Both the position numbers and the translations under genes were made by a program. Positions 20,466 through 29,203 of a DNA stretch of 64,000 nt are shown piece after piece. The notes beneath the pieces were generated by a model, which saw nothing but the letters and a program-made list of their open reading frames with translations, was not told where the DNA came from and did no database searches. Source of the stretch: Candidatus Iainarchaeum sp. (GTDB lineage: Archaea > B1Sed10-29 > WALL01); NCBI GenBank assembly GCA_023129115.1, contig JAGMCR010000009.1:27064-91063 (forward strand), written 5' to 3'. The stretch's first letter is position 1. Each line of letters opens with the position of its first letter.

Positions 20466-22271
20466 CTATATACTCTCTTTGACTGCCCTTGCAATCAATT
20501 GGCCATCGGCTTTTCCGCGCAATTCTTTCATTACTTCGCCCATGATTTTCTGGAACGCGCGTGGGTCGCCGAGCGCGCCCTTGTTCTTTGCAACGATTTT
20601 CTTGACTGCCTTGCGGACCTGCTTCTCGTTCATTTTCGAGAAGTTGTCCTCAACAATGTCGACCACTGTCCTCGTCGGGTTGAACACGATTGCGCGGATA
20701 ATCTCGGGGAAGCCTTCCTTGGCGAACGCGCCCTTGTCGTAGAGCATGAACATCTCGATTAGCTTTTGGTCGGGGAGCATGTCCACGTCAATGCCCTCGC
20801 GCCGCAGCTCGGTGAGCGTGTCCTCGAGCACGTGCGCCACAATCTCGGGGTGCTTCCACTTGAGGTGGTCGAACAGGATTAGGTTGTTTGACGACGCGAG
20901 CTTTTCCGCGAGGTCGTTGCTCATCAGTTTTTTCAGCCGCGCGAGCGTTGCGCCGGGGAGCTCCGGCAAGGGAATCGCGTCGAGCCGTTTTTGCTCAACA
21001 ACAACGGGGGGAATATCTGTTTCGATGTAAAGCCTTGCTGCCCCAGGCATGGGCCGCAGGAACTCACTGTTTCCATCAGGCAATGCCCTCCTTACTTCAG
21101 AAGGAACCCCTACGATTAGCTGATTGGCTCTTGCTGCTACCAGTTTCAGAGCGTTTTTGGCTCGTTTTTCGTCAGCCGCGACAAGGACGAACGCCTCACC
21201 CTCCAGCTTGAGGTTAACAATAATGTCTTTCTCAATCTGGTAGTTGCGCATGTCTTCGTCGCTGTGGATTATGCCGCCAACCCCTGCTTTCTTGGCATGG
21301 TCGGATAGTTCTGTGCCCACCCTTCGGTTGGGCTGCACTTCTTTCCCCAGAATTCCTTCAAAGCCAATCAGAGGTAACGCGAGAACAGTTTTTCCACGAA
21401 TAAACTTACATTTAGTATTTTTGAATAGATTCGTGACGTCTATGATTTTTCCTACTTTGGCTTTTCTCTTTTCTAGCTCTTCAGCTACCTCAATCAATAC
21501 TTGTTGCCGAGCTACTTCTCGGCGGGCTATCTCTGGGAACATTTTGAGGTCTTGTGCTCCTTTGATTTCAACTCTTGCTCCGCCTTTGATGCTGATGTTG
21601 ATGTCCTGGCGGATTGTCCCTATGCCGCGCTTTACCTTCCGGGTCGCCCTCAATAATGAGCCGATAGCCAAAGCGGTCTCGTATACATGCTCCGGTGACT
21701 TTATGTCGGGCTCTGTACTCAATTCAATCAGAGGTATCCCAAGCCGGTCAAGCCGGTACCACACTTCTCCGGGCTTCCGGTCAACTACTGTTGCTGCATC
21801 TTCCTCAAGCTGGGTGTTGACCATGCGTACCGGCCCCAATGAAGTGTCAATTCTCCCCCCCCTCCCCACGAGAGAGGTTCTTTGAAATCCAGTTGTATTT
21901 GAGCCGTCAACTACTGTCTTCCTCATGACGTGTATTTCCCCGATTACATCTGCCCCAATCATCTTGCAGACCTGGAGAGTAGTTTCCAAGGCCTCCTCAT
22001 TCATTGGATGCGGGGGCTCGGAGTCTGTTTCCACAAGGCAGCTCGTGGCCGGGTTGTAGCAATAAACGAAGGTGATGTCGCGTGCTTGCTCGTGGCGGGC
22101 AGCCAAGTCGATTTCGCCCAGTTCGCCTGCCACTGCCCGTAGTTTGCGCCTTATCTTGAACGGAAAATCTTGGCTCCTGTGGGTGGGACACTCACAGAAT
22201 AGCTTGGTAGCAGTATCTAATTGTACGTGAAGCTCCAAGCCGCTGCGGAAACCCATCTTTTCGTAGTCCAT
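20466..22271 (-). CDS. gatE: Glu-tRNA(Gln) amidotransferase subunit E
   Basis: GLELHVQL, DGSNTTGFQRT, LDRLGIPL, GTIRQD, RPMPGAARLY. Confidence 0.96.
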   Translation of the reverse strand: MDYEKMGFRSGLELHVQLDTATKLFCECPTHRSQDFPFKIRRKLRAVAGELGEIDLAARHEQARDITFVYCYNPATSCLVETDSEPPHPMNEEALETTLQVCKMIGADVIGEIHVMRKTVVDGSNTTGFQRTSLVGRGGRIDTSLGPVRMVNTQLEEDAATVVDRKPGEVWYRLDRLGIPLIELSTEPDIKSPEHVYETALAIGSLLRATRKVKRGIGTIRQDINISIKGGARVEIKGAQDLKMFPEIARREVARQQVLIEVAEELEKRKAKVGKIIDVTNLFKNTKCKFIRGKTVLALPLIGFEGILGKEVQPNRRVGTELSDHAKKAGVGGIIHSDEDMRNYQIEKDIIVNLKLEGEAFVLVAADEKRAKNALKLVAARANQLIVGVPSEVRRALPDGNSEFLRPMPGAARLYIETDIPPVVVEQKRLDAIPLPELPGATLARLKKLMSNDLAEKLASSNNLILFDHLKWKHPEIVAHVLEDTLTELRREGIDVDMLPDQKLIEMFMLYDKGAFAKEGFPEIIRAIVFNPTRTVVDIVEDNFSKMNEKQVRKAVKKIVAKNKGALGDPRAFQKIMGEVMKELRGKADGQLIARAVKESI

Positions 22272-22327
22272 ACCAACTGCCTTGTGATTTGTACCCTAAC
22301 CTTCTATCGCATGCTTAAAAAAACTTC

Positions 22328-22810
22328 CTAGTCAGAGAGCCCTGGATACAGCTCAATCGTGCCTTCTGCAATCTTTTTTCCGAGCCTTGTCAAGTAGACT
22401 CTGCCGTCCTTTGTTTTCTTGAGGTGGGTGAACTGCATCCCCTGCTTTACCTCTTTTGTTTGCTTTATCTTTACCGCATTCTGTGGGGAAAAAGCGCCTG
22501 ATTTTAAGAGCTGTGCATACAATTCCGCTGACTCATCTGGCTGTGGGAAATACTTTTGTTTTGCGTACTGGAAGCCCATGCCGGGCATTGTGAGCAGCCC
22601 ATGCGCCTTGTAAAGAACTCTATTCCCTGTCTTCACTTCAATTATCTTGGGGCCTCGCTGGGCTTCTTCTATTACCCTTAAGTAGCGGCCGACGGTTTCC
22701 GGCCTCAGCCCCGTTTCTTGGGAAATCCGGTGTTTTGAAAGGGCTACATCATTATGCTTCTCGATGTAGTCCATCATCTCAGTTACGATTTCAAGCGCGT
22801 CCTTTCTCAT
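22328..22810 (-). CDS. Hypothetical protein, probable tandem winged-helix DNA-binding domains
   Basis: ISQETGLRPETVGRYL HTH-like; YLTRLGKKIA wing-like. Confidence 0.6.
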   Translation of the reverse strand: MRKDALEIVTEMMDYIEKHNDVALSKHRISQETGLRPETVGRYLRVIEEAQRGPKIIEVKTGNRVLYKAHGLLTMPGMGFQYAKQKYFPQPDESAELYAQLLKSGAFSPQNAVKIKQTKEVKQGMQFTHLKKTKDGRVYLTRLGKKIAEGTIELYPGLSD

Positions 22811-22824
22811 TGGGTGATTTATAG

Positions 22825-22858
22825 CTATTGTAGTATATAAATATTACTATTACAATAG
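22825..22858. promoter_or_regulatory. AT-rich divergent promoter with an 8-bp inverted repeat
   Basis: CTATTGTA-N18-TACAATAG enclosing TATAAATA between two divergent wHTH-like genes. Confidence 0.5.
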
Positions 22859-22908
22859 TAAATAACCTTATATGGCTCGGCAGAGAAAGTTTTCCTGGGG
22901 AGAGTAGA

Positions 22909-23169
22909 ATGAGAGACTACGAAGAAGCTGTGCTTATTGCTCTTTTTGATGAGAAAATAATTGGCTCTAGCTATAAGCCAATTGAAAAGGCTGCTCGTAA
23001 AATTAACTGGGGTGGGATTGCCAGGAAGTACGATGTAAAGAAGTCTTTCAAGAAAGTCCTGCAGGGACTTGCCCGGAAGGGCGTTGTAAGTGACCATGGC
23101 AAGTCAGGCAGGGTGGTCTCCCTGACACTGGCTGGACTGGCTTACCTAAGGAGCGAGTTGGAAGTATAA
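22909..23169 (+). CDS. Small hypothetical winged-helix-like protein
   Basis: 86 aa; LQGLARKGVV...VVSLT.AG pattern. Confidence 0.6.
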   Translation: MRDYEEAVLIALFDEKIIGSSYKPIEKAARKINWGGIARKYDVKKSFKKVLQGLARKGVVSDHGKSGRVVSLTLAGLAYLRSELEV

Positions 23170-23186
23170 AGGCGTTCTGGTCTTCT

Positions 23187-23855
23187 TCAAGAGACTTGGC
23201 CCTGGAGTTCCTTGAACAGGCGGAAGGCTGTTATCGCATCGTCGTCTGTGAGAGTGAAAGTTATCTCCGTGTAGCTGGACACCATTTGCAAGACGTTTAT
23301 TGAGTTGCGTGCCAGCACCCCACTCAAAAAGTAAAGGAAGCCAGGGGTGCTGATGGACCGCGCTTCGCTGAACTCAAGGGCAGATAACCCCCTCATTGTC
23401 CCCAAGAGCTTTTTCTTTGGGACGAGGGAGACAAGCCGGTCGAAGCGTTTTTCCTCAAGGACGACTTCTATCTCGCTTGTGCTAAGTATCAAGTAAAAAT
23501 TCTCGCCCTTCCCCCACTCGACTTCTTTCATCACCCTGAAAATCGCTTTCTCGACTTCTTCGTCCCGCTCCAGCGCAACGTCACACATCCCGGACTTCAA
23601 AGAAAAACGGCAGCCCTTCAGCACGTCCAGGACTTCCTCGGAAACGACTTCCTTCGCCAGCTTGTCCTCATACCTCTTCAAGGCCAGCACAATTGCTTCC
23701 CGCGTCACCTTCCTGCCGAACTCCGCTTCCACCTCCGTCTTTATGGAGTTGGCAAAAGCAGAGCAATTCAGCACGCCCAGCCGCAGGGAATCGCGGACAA
23801 AGACCAATCGGTCCACCCTCTGCCGCACTAGCCCCGCCAGGCTACTCTTCTCCAT
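23187..23855 (-). CDS. ACT-domain protein with N-terminal helical/HTH-like region
   Basis: LRLGVLN.SA.A..I, AI.LALKRY, TPG.LY..LA..INV....SSYTE. Confidence 0.8.
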   Translation of the reverse strand: MEKSSLAGLVRQRVDRLVFVRDSLRLGVLNCSAFANSIKTEVEAEFGRKVTREAIVLALKRYEDKLAKEVVSEEVLDVLKGCRFSLKSGMCDVALERDEEVEKAIFRVMKEVEWGKGENFYLILSTSEIEVVLEEKRFDRLVSLVPKKKLLGTMRGLSALEFSEARSISTPGFLYFLSGVLARNSINVLQMVSSYTEITFTLTDDDAITAFRLFKELQGQVS

Positions 23856-23878
23856 AATGTTATATTTGTAACATTATG
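23853..23878. promoter_or_regulatory. Perfect 10-bp inverted repeat (candidate operator)
   Basis: CATAATGTTA-TATTTG-TAACATTATG between the divergent ACT and B3/4 genes, next to TATATATA. Confidence 0.65.
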
Positions 23879-23908
23879 TATATATATGTAACTAAGCCCA
23901 ATTATCGC

Positions 23909-24586
23909 ATGAAATTTGCAATCTCGAGGGAAGTGGCCAGAAAATACCCTGGACTGAAGATTGGGATTGTGGTTGTGAAAAGGCTTGACAACAGCGATTA
24001 CCCCGACTCGATAAGGCTCTTGAAGCAAAACGCGGAAGAATACACCAAGTTCAATTTCCGGGGCCTTGTGCATCCCCACTTGTTGGCCTGGAGAGAGGCC
24101 TACAAGAAGTTTGGCTGCGATGGCGGGTGTTCTGCTGAGTGGCTGGTCAAGCGTATATTGGAGAAGAAAGCACTGCCGAAGATAAACAAGCTCGTCGACA
24201 TCTACAACCTCGTGTCAGCCAAGAACGCCATGCCAATCGGCGGGCAGGACCTCGACAGGATTTGTGGGGACATAGTCTTGAGGATTTCACCGGGCGGCGA
24301 AAGGTTTGTGGGGATTGGCGGGAAAGAAGAAAAGACAACCCCCGGTGAAGTGGTTTACGCCGACGATGAAAAAGTGTTGTGCAGGAATTGGAACCAAAAA
24401 GATTGTGATGCCGCCAAGTTTACCAAGGAAACCAAAAAAGCTGTCTTGTTCGTCGATGGAATCGGTGGCATAAGCGAGGAAGCAGTAAAGAAAACAGCGA
24501 AGGACTTGGAGAGTATTATAACAGAGTACGGGAACGGCGTGGCAACTTCTTATTTTCTAGTGGGAGCCAACAGTGTTTCGCTGTGA
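23909..24586 (+). CDS. Stand-alone B3/4 (PheRS-beta editing-like) domain protein
   Basis: WREAYKKFG, SAEWL.KR, PKINKLVDIYN.VS, GEVVYADD, CRNWN. Confidence 0.9.
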   Translation: MKFAISREVARKYPGLKIGIVVVKRLDNSDYPDSIRLLKQNAEEYTKFNFRGLVHPHLLAWREAYKKFGCDGGCSAEWLVKRILEKKALPKINKLVDIYNLVSAKNAMPIGGQDLDRICGDIVLRISPGGERFVGIGGKEEKTTPGEVVYADDEKVLCRNWNQKDCDAAKFTKETKKAVLFVDGIGGISEEAVKKTAKDLESIITEYGNGVATSYFLVGANSVSL

Positions 24587-24630
24587 GTCAGGTCACAGGA
24601 AAGATGATTTCGAGGCCTGCCTTGAAGCCG

Positions 24631-25173
24631 TCAGTCACTTTCTTCTCCGCCCTGTATCTCTTCCATCACTTCGTCGATTCTTTCGTGGAGCTCTTTAAGA
24701 GTGCCCTCGTTGCGGATGATGTGGTCCGCCATCATGAACACAGTCTCCATGCCCTTGTTCTTGAGGTCGCGCTCGTCCCTCCCGAAGAACGCTTTCTTGT
24801 CCTGGGGGTCACTGTCGTCGCGGCGGGTGTAGCGCATTTCGCGCGGGGCTGACGCCATTAGGAGGAAGAAGTGGGCGGTCTTGGCACGGAAGAACTCAAC
24901 TTCTTGGGGGCTTCGGAATCCCGTTATGACGGCGTCCTCGGCGTCTATGATTGGGAAGAGCATGTTGGCCATTACGCCCATTCCACCTTCCTTGCGGAGC
25001 TCGTCGCCTAAGCGGCTTGCGTTGTCCTTGGTCGGCTCGAGGCCGCGCTTCTCAAGTTCCTTGAGGAAGACGTCATGGTAAAAGTCAAACTGCTTGAAGC
25101 CGTACTCCTTCATCAAGTAATGCGCGACAGTGTCCTTGCCGCTCCTCGCCGGGCCGGTCAAACCGATAATCAT
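24631..25173 (-). CDS. P-loop nucleoside monophosphate/dephospho-CoA kinase-like protein
   Basis: MIIGLTGPARSGKDT Walker A; G.RSP.EV; ADHII.NEG. Confidence 0.82.
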   Translation of the reverse strand: MIIGLTGPARSGKDTVAHYLMKEYGFKQFDFYHDVFLKELEKRGLEPTKDNASRLGDELRKEGGMGVMANMLFPIIDAEDAVITGFRSPQEVEFFRAKTAHFFLLMASAPREMRYTRRDDSDPQDKKAFFGRDERDLKNKGMETVFMMADHIIRNEGTLKELHERIDEVMEEIQGGEESD

Positions 25174-25250
25174 AGTAACCACGTTAGTAAAGGAACCTCG
25201 GAAAGTTATACAAGAAAGCTTTATAAAAGCATGAAGAGGTATTAAAGTAT

Positions 25251-26504
25251 ATGAAAATTCACACCTTGGACGTGTTGCCCCGTCAGGTGAGAACAAAAGC
25301 TGGTAAAAAGCGGCTGCTCGTCTTGAAAGAAGGTTCCATCAGCTCCCTTCTGCCCATAAAACTCAGGATATTGCGCCTACTCTCTAAGAAAGCCTTAAAA
25401 ACAACCCAAGTCACGGAATTGCTAGGGATCCAGAAAAGGACGACCAGAAAATTTTTAAATGAGCTCGAGATTGAAGAAAAAATTGTGAGGACAGAAGGCA
25501 ATCGCATTAACAACTCTTTTCGTTTCGCTGATTCATGGAGAATTGTTGGCAAGATAAGTGGCATCCCAAATAAACCCCCAAAAGACAGGGTATGTGTCTG
25601 GTACTCCACCAAGCACACTAATTACTCTACCCGTCATTACTGTTTTTTGCCGAAAGAGATAGGGCTAACAGACAACATCGCGTCTGCTATTGGCATATTT
25701 GATGGTGAGGGCAGCAAAACAAAAATTACTACGTTGGAGATTGTGAACAACGAGCCACTGGTGATTAAATGCCTACTGGAGTTTTTTGGGATTTTTGGCA
25801 TTCGGAAAAAAGACTGGAAGTGGAGATTAACATTCAATATTAAACTGAAGGACAAGTTGAGTGTAAAGGCTATTAAGAAGGCAAGAGAGTATTGGGTCAA
25901 GAGCACAAAGATATCCGCTGAAAACGAGACTGCTAGCTCCCCACAGTTTTTGGGTACCCGCATAGGCAAAATCAGACGAGGCCCTCCGTGGGGGGCTTTG
26001 AGTATTTTTTACAATAGTGTGATACTGCGGAGCGTGCTAGCCTCAATTATGGAAAACTTAAAACCAATGATACTACAGGATCCGCAGCTGGTCGCGGGGT
26101 ATCTTAGGGGCTACCTCGCTGCAGAAGCATACGTTGGAGCAAACGACAGGGCGATACAAACAGCCTCAACAAGAAAAGAAGAACTTGCTTATCTTGGAAA
26201 ATGCTTTGATGTTATAGGGGTTAAAGCATCCATGAGTAAAGCAACAAGCACGTCGCCACCACGCATTATTGTTACCAATTTTGATTCTTTCATGAAGCTA
26301 TACAAGTTAGACGTGTTCAGGCTTCATCCATACAAAAAGGCTAACTTGCTTTCAAAATTACTAAATTATACCCTATTAACTGGGGATGACAAAGAAAAAA
26401 TTGGAAAAGAATTGAAGACACTAAACAACAAAATAGAAAACAGAGAAAAGCCTTTCAAAAAATTTACTTATACAAAAACATATCTGGCTCGAGCTGGGGG
26501 TTGA
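25251..26504 (+). CDS. Free-standing LAGLIDADG homing-endonuclease-like protein with N-terminal wHTH
   Basis: Two motifs IASAIGIFDGEGS and YLRGYLAAEAYV; AT-rich; no intein splice residues. Confidence 0.75.
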   Translation: MKIHTLDVLPRQVRTKAGKKRLLVLKEGSISSLLPIKLRILRLLSKKALKTTQVTELLGIQKRTTRKFLNELEIEEKIVRTEGNRINNSFRFADSWRIVGKISGIPNKPPKDRVCVWYSTKHTNYSTRHYCFLPKEIGLTDNIASAIGIFDGEGSKTKITTLEIVNNEPLVIKCLLEFFGIFGIRKKDWKWRLTFNIKLKDKLSVKAIKKAREYWVKSTKISAENETASSPQFLGTRIGKIRRGPPWGALSIFYNSVILRSVLASIMENLKPMILQDPQLVAGYLRGYLAAEAYVGANDRAIQTASTRKEELAYLGKCFDVIGVKASMSKATSTSPPRIIVTNFDSFMKLYKLDVFRLHPYKKANLLSKLLNYTLLTGDDKEKIGKELKTLNNKIENREKPFKKFTYTKTYLARAGG

Positions 26505-27798
26505 GCTCGCCCTTAAGATTCGATGTCATGAGTTCTTTTACTTTGTCACCCTTGGCATGCGCCAGCACCCAGCCGAGCTTTACGTACGCCGTCTCGGCGG
26601 TCATGTCGTACGCCGGGATTGCGCCCGCGTCGTGGTACAAAATGCGCAGGTTGGTGTAAACATTCGGGTTCACCGTGCCGTAGATGCACTGCGTCGCGAC
26701 GACAATGGGGACACCGCTTTTGACGGCGGACTTTATGCGGGGAATCCAGCTCTTGCGCGCCTTTGTCGGCACGTGGCCGAGCGCAGTGCCCTCGATGACG
26801 AGGCCCTTGGCGCCGCTGTCCACGTGGTAGTCGATTATTTTTGGGTCCGAGCCGGGATACGCCTTCAGCAGGGCGATGTGGCGCTCGAATTTCGTGTCTA
26901 CCTCGGTTTTACCAGTGCCGCGCTTCTTAAATTTAGAAATGGGCTCGATTTTCCCGTCAGGGTAAATCTTGGCGAGGGGGTAGTCATTAATAGGCTTAAA
27001 AGCAGGCCTGACAGTACTACTCATTTTCCTCACTTTCGTTCCCCTCAAGAAATAGCAGTAATCATCAGAAAAGGTAGCGTGCATACAAGTCCCGACTTCA
27101 GCTATGTCGGACAGCGCGGCGTAGGCGGAACAAGTAAGGTTCAGCACCGCGTCCGCAGAGCCGCGGTCGCTCGAGCGCTGCGCGCCCGTGATTATGACTG
27201 GCTTCGTGGTGTTGAGCATGAAGGACAAGGCGGCTGAGGTGTAGTGCATGGTGTCCGTCCCTTGGGTAATTATGACGCCCTCTGCCTTGTCAAGCGCTTT
27301 TGCAGTGGCCTTGGCAAGGTCCACCCAGTCAAGCGGGTCAAGGTCCTCACTCATTTTCTCGAGGACTGTCTTGGTCTTGATGCACGCAATGTCGCCGAGC
27401 TCGGGCACGAGTGCAATCAAGTCGTCGCCCGTCATGTCAGTATAGACCGCGCCCGTGGAATAGTCAACGCGCGAAGTGATGGTGCCACCCGCACCGAGGA
27501 GCGCGATGTGCTTCTTTCCCTTGCACGACTGCTTTGCCTTTGCGTGGCCGCCGGTCTCGTACTTGTATTCCTTGGTGATTCTCTTGGGCTCGGGAGTGGA
27601 AGACTTGCTGATGGTTTGGCCCTCGTACTTTATGCCAATGTTGTAGCCGTTGTCCAGCTTGAGCACGATGTGGTCCGGTGAAGCAGTGATTTCGGGCGAC
27701 GGCATTAACAGGCCTTCCTCACTCCCAACAACAATTCTGTCGCCTACGGCTGCCTTCGCCGCCTTCAGGGCACCCTGTATCTCCCTGGAATAAGCCAT
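26464..27798 (-). CDS. gatD: Glu-tRNA(Gln) amidotransferase subunit D
   Basis: LKLDNGYNIG, GGTITSRVDY, GTDTM, GAQRSSDRGS. Confidence 0.95.
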   Translation of the reverse strand: MAYSREIQGALKAAKAAVGDRIVVGSEEGLLMPSPEITASPDHIVLKLDNGYNIGIKYEGQTISKSSTPEPKRITKEYKYETGGHAKAKQSCKGKKHIALLGAGGTITSRVDYSTGAVYTDMTGDDLIALVPELGDIACIKTKTVLEKMSEDLDPLDWVDLAKATAKALDKAEGVIITQGTDTMHYTSAALSFMLNTTKPVIITGAQRSSDRGSADAVLNLTCSAYAALSDIAEVGTCMHATFSDDYCYFLRGTKVRKMSSTVRPAFKPINDYPLAKIYPDGKIEPISKFKKRGTGKTEVDTKFERHIALLKAYPGSDPKIIDYHVDSGAKGLVIEGTALGHVPTKARKSWIPRIKSAVKSGVPIVVATQCIYGTVNPNVYTNLRILYHDAGAIPAYDMTAETAYVKLGWVLAHAKGDKVKELMTSNLKGELNPQLEPDMFLYK

Positions 27799-28485
27799 TC
27801 AACCACTCGACGTTAGCTTTTCGCCCTTCTCGTTTTTAATGATAGGCACGGCCACGACTTCCAGTGGCTGGAGCCCGAGCTCGATGCGCTTTTCATTGAT
27901 TAGGTCGGCGCTGGGCCTCGTCTCGTCGCTGACCACGATGGTGCTGAACCGCGGCTCAAGCGCAAAGCCGTAGACGTCATCTATCTCGCAAATCACTGCG
28001 CCCCAGCCCATTTCCGAGAGGAACCGCTCGAGGCCTGCCTGCCTCTCCGCGAACGAAGGCACGTTGGAGTGCTTGGAAGACGCGAACTCGTCGCTCGTCA
28101 AGCCGATTTCCACTATCTTCCCAAGCGCGAACGCCATGCTGAACAAGTACTCGTGGCCCTTGTGGATAGCGCTGAAGGTCCCGCCAACACAGACCATGTC
28201 GCCCTTCTCTGCCGAAGCGTCCGGGAGGCGGATGTGCTCCAGGGAGCTGGAAGGAGTGGCAGCACTGGAGGAGCCGGCTTCTTCGCCACTGGGGGGGCTG
28301 GCAACTGCCAGCCCCCCGGTTTCAGCTTCTTCCTCCCCCGGTTGTGGCTCCTCTTCGACGGTTTCTGGCTCTTCTTCAGTTTCTTGTTTTTCCTCCCCGG
28401 TTTCTTCTTCGGGCTCCAAAAGCAGGTCCTCGTCTTCTTCAATGTCCATTGCCGGGTCCAGCGGCGGGGGTGGGGGGCTGTTCAT
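27799..28485 (-). CDS. coaD: Phosphopantetheine adenylyltransferase with acidic N-terminal extension
   Basis: GGTFSAIHKGH, IGLTSDEF, IVVSDET, IN.KR..GL.PL. Confidence 0.85.
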   Translation of the reverse strand: MNSPPPPPLDPAMDIEEDEDLLLEPEEETGEEKQETEEEPETVEEEPQPGEEEAETGGLAVASPPSGEEAGSSSAATPSSSLEHIRLPDASAEKGDMVCVGGTFSAIHKGHEYLFSMAFALGKIVEIGLTSDEFASSKHSNVPSFAERQAGLERFLSEMGWGAVICEIDDVYGFALEPRFSTIVVSDETRPSADLINEKRIELGLQPLEVVAVPIIKNEKGEKLTSSG

Positions 28486-29150
28486 TGCACCACCGTCCCA
28501 CGCGTTCTTCCCTTGAGCGTCGACTCTATCTCGCCGGGAGTGCCGTTGATTATGAAGGTCCTTATTTTGGAGCGAGCGATTAGCTTGGCCGCGAGGAGGT
28601 CGAACACGAAGTGCGTCCTCGCGCCGCGCGCGTCCTGCTCCGCCGAGAGAGATATTAGTCTGGCGAACTTCATTTTCCGGAATTTTTTGGCGGACTTGTG
28701 CTTGCGCGGGTCCTTGGTGTACACTCCGTCCACGTTGGTGGCGTTGACAAGCTTTTTGGCGCCGATTGCCTCGGCGAGGAGGGCTGCGACGGTGTTCGTG
28801 GTGTGGCCCGGGACAGTGCCACCCATGACCGTGATGCCCTTGCGCTTCGCTTCCCTGCGGGCCTCGTCGATTGTTGCCGGGACTTTGCCGCGGAGGCCGA
28901 GCGCCTTGCGGAGGAGCATCGCGTTCTTGCGGGTTTGCCTGATTGCGACTGCGTCGAGGTCGTACTCGCTCACGCGCCTTTTCCTGGCGGCGAGGAGTGC
29001 TTTTTCGCCGCGCTTCCCCATGCCGACGACCACACCGACGACCGTGCGCCTTTTTAAGCGCTGCAATATAGAACTGACTTCCTTGACGTAACCCGCGTCT
29101 GTTTTGCCGGGAAACACCAGAGAGCCTCCAATCTTCAGGACTATGGCCAA
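28482..29150 (-). CDS. pyrH: UMP kinase
   Basis: VLKIGGS, MGGTVPGHTTN.VAA, TNVDGVYTKDPRK. Confidence 0.9.
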   Translation of the reverse strand: MAIVLKIGGSLVFPGKTDAGYVKEVSSILQRLKRRTVVGVVVGMGKRGEKALLAARKRRVSEYDLDAVAIRQTRKNAMLLRKALGLRGKVPATIDEARREAKRKGITVMGGTVPGHTTNTVAALLAEAIGAKKLVNATNVDGVYTKDPRKHKSAKKFRKMKFARLISLSAEQDARGARTHFVFDLLAAKLIARSKIRTFIINGTPGEIESTLKGRTRGTVVQ

Positions 29151-29203
29151 ATCAACACCTCAGGCATTAAATACGCGGGACTATTATAAAAACGTGACTC
29201 GAA

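Noticed and set aside
25251-26504. Intein or intron-encoded endonuclease
   Set aside because: Opposite strand to both flanking genes, which are intact; no Cys/Ser start or His-Asn end.
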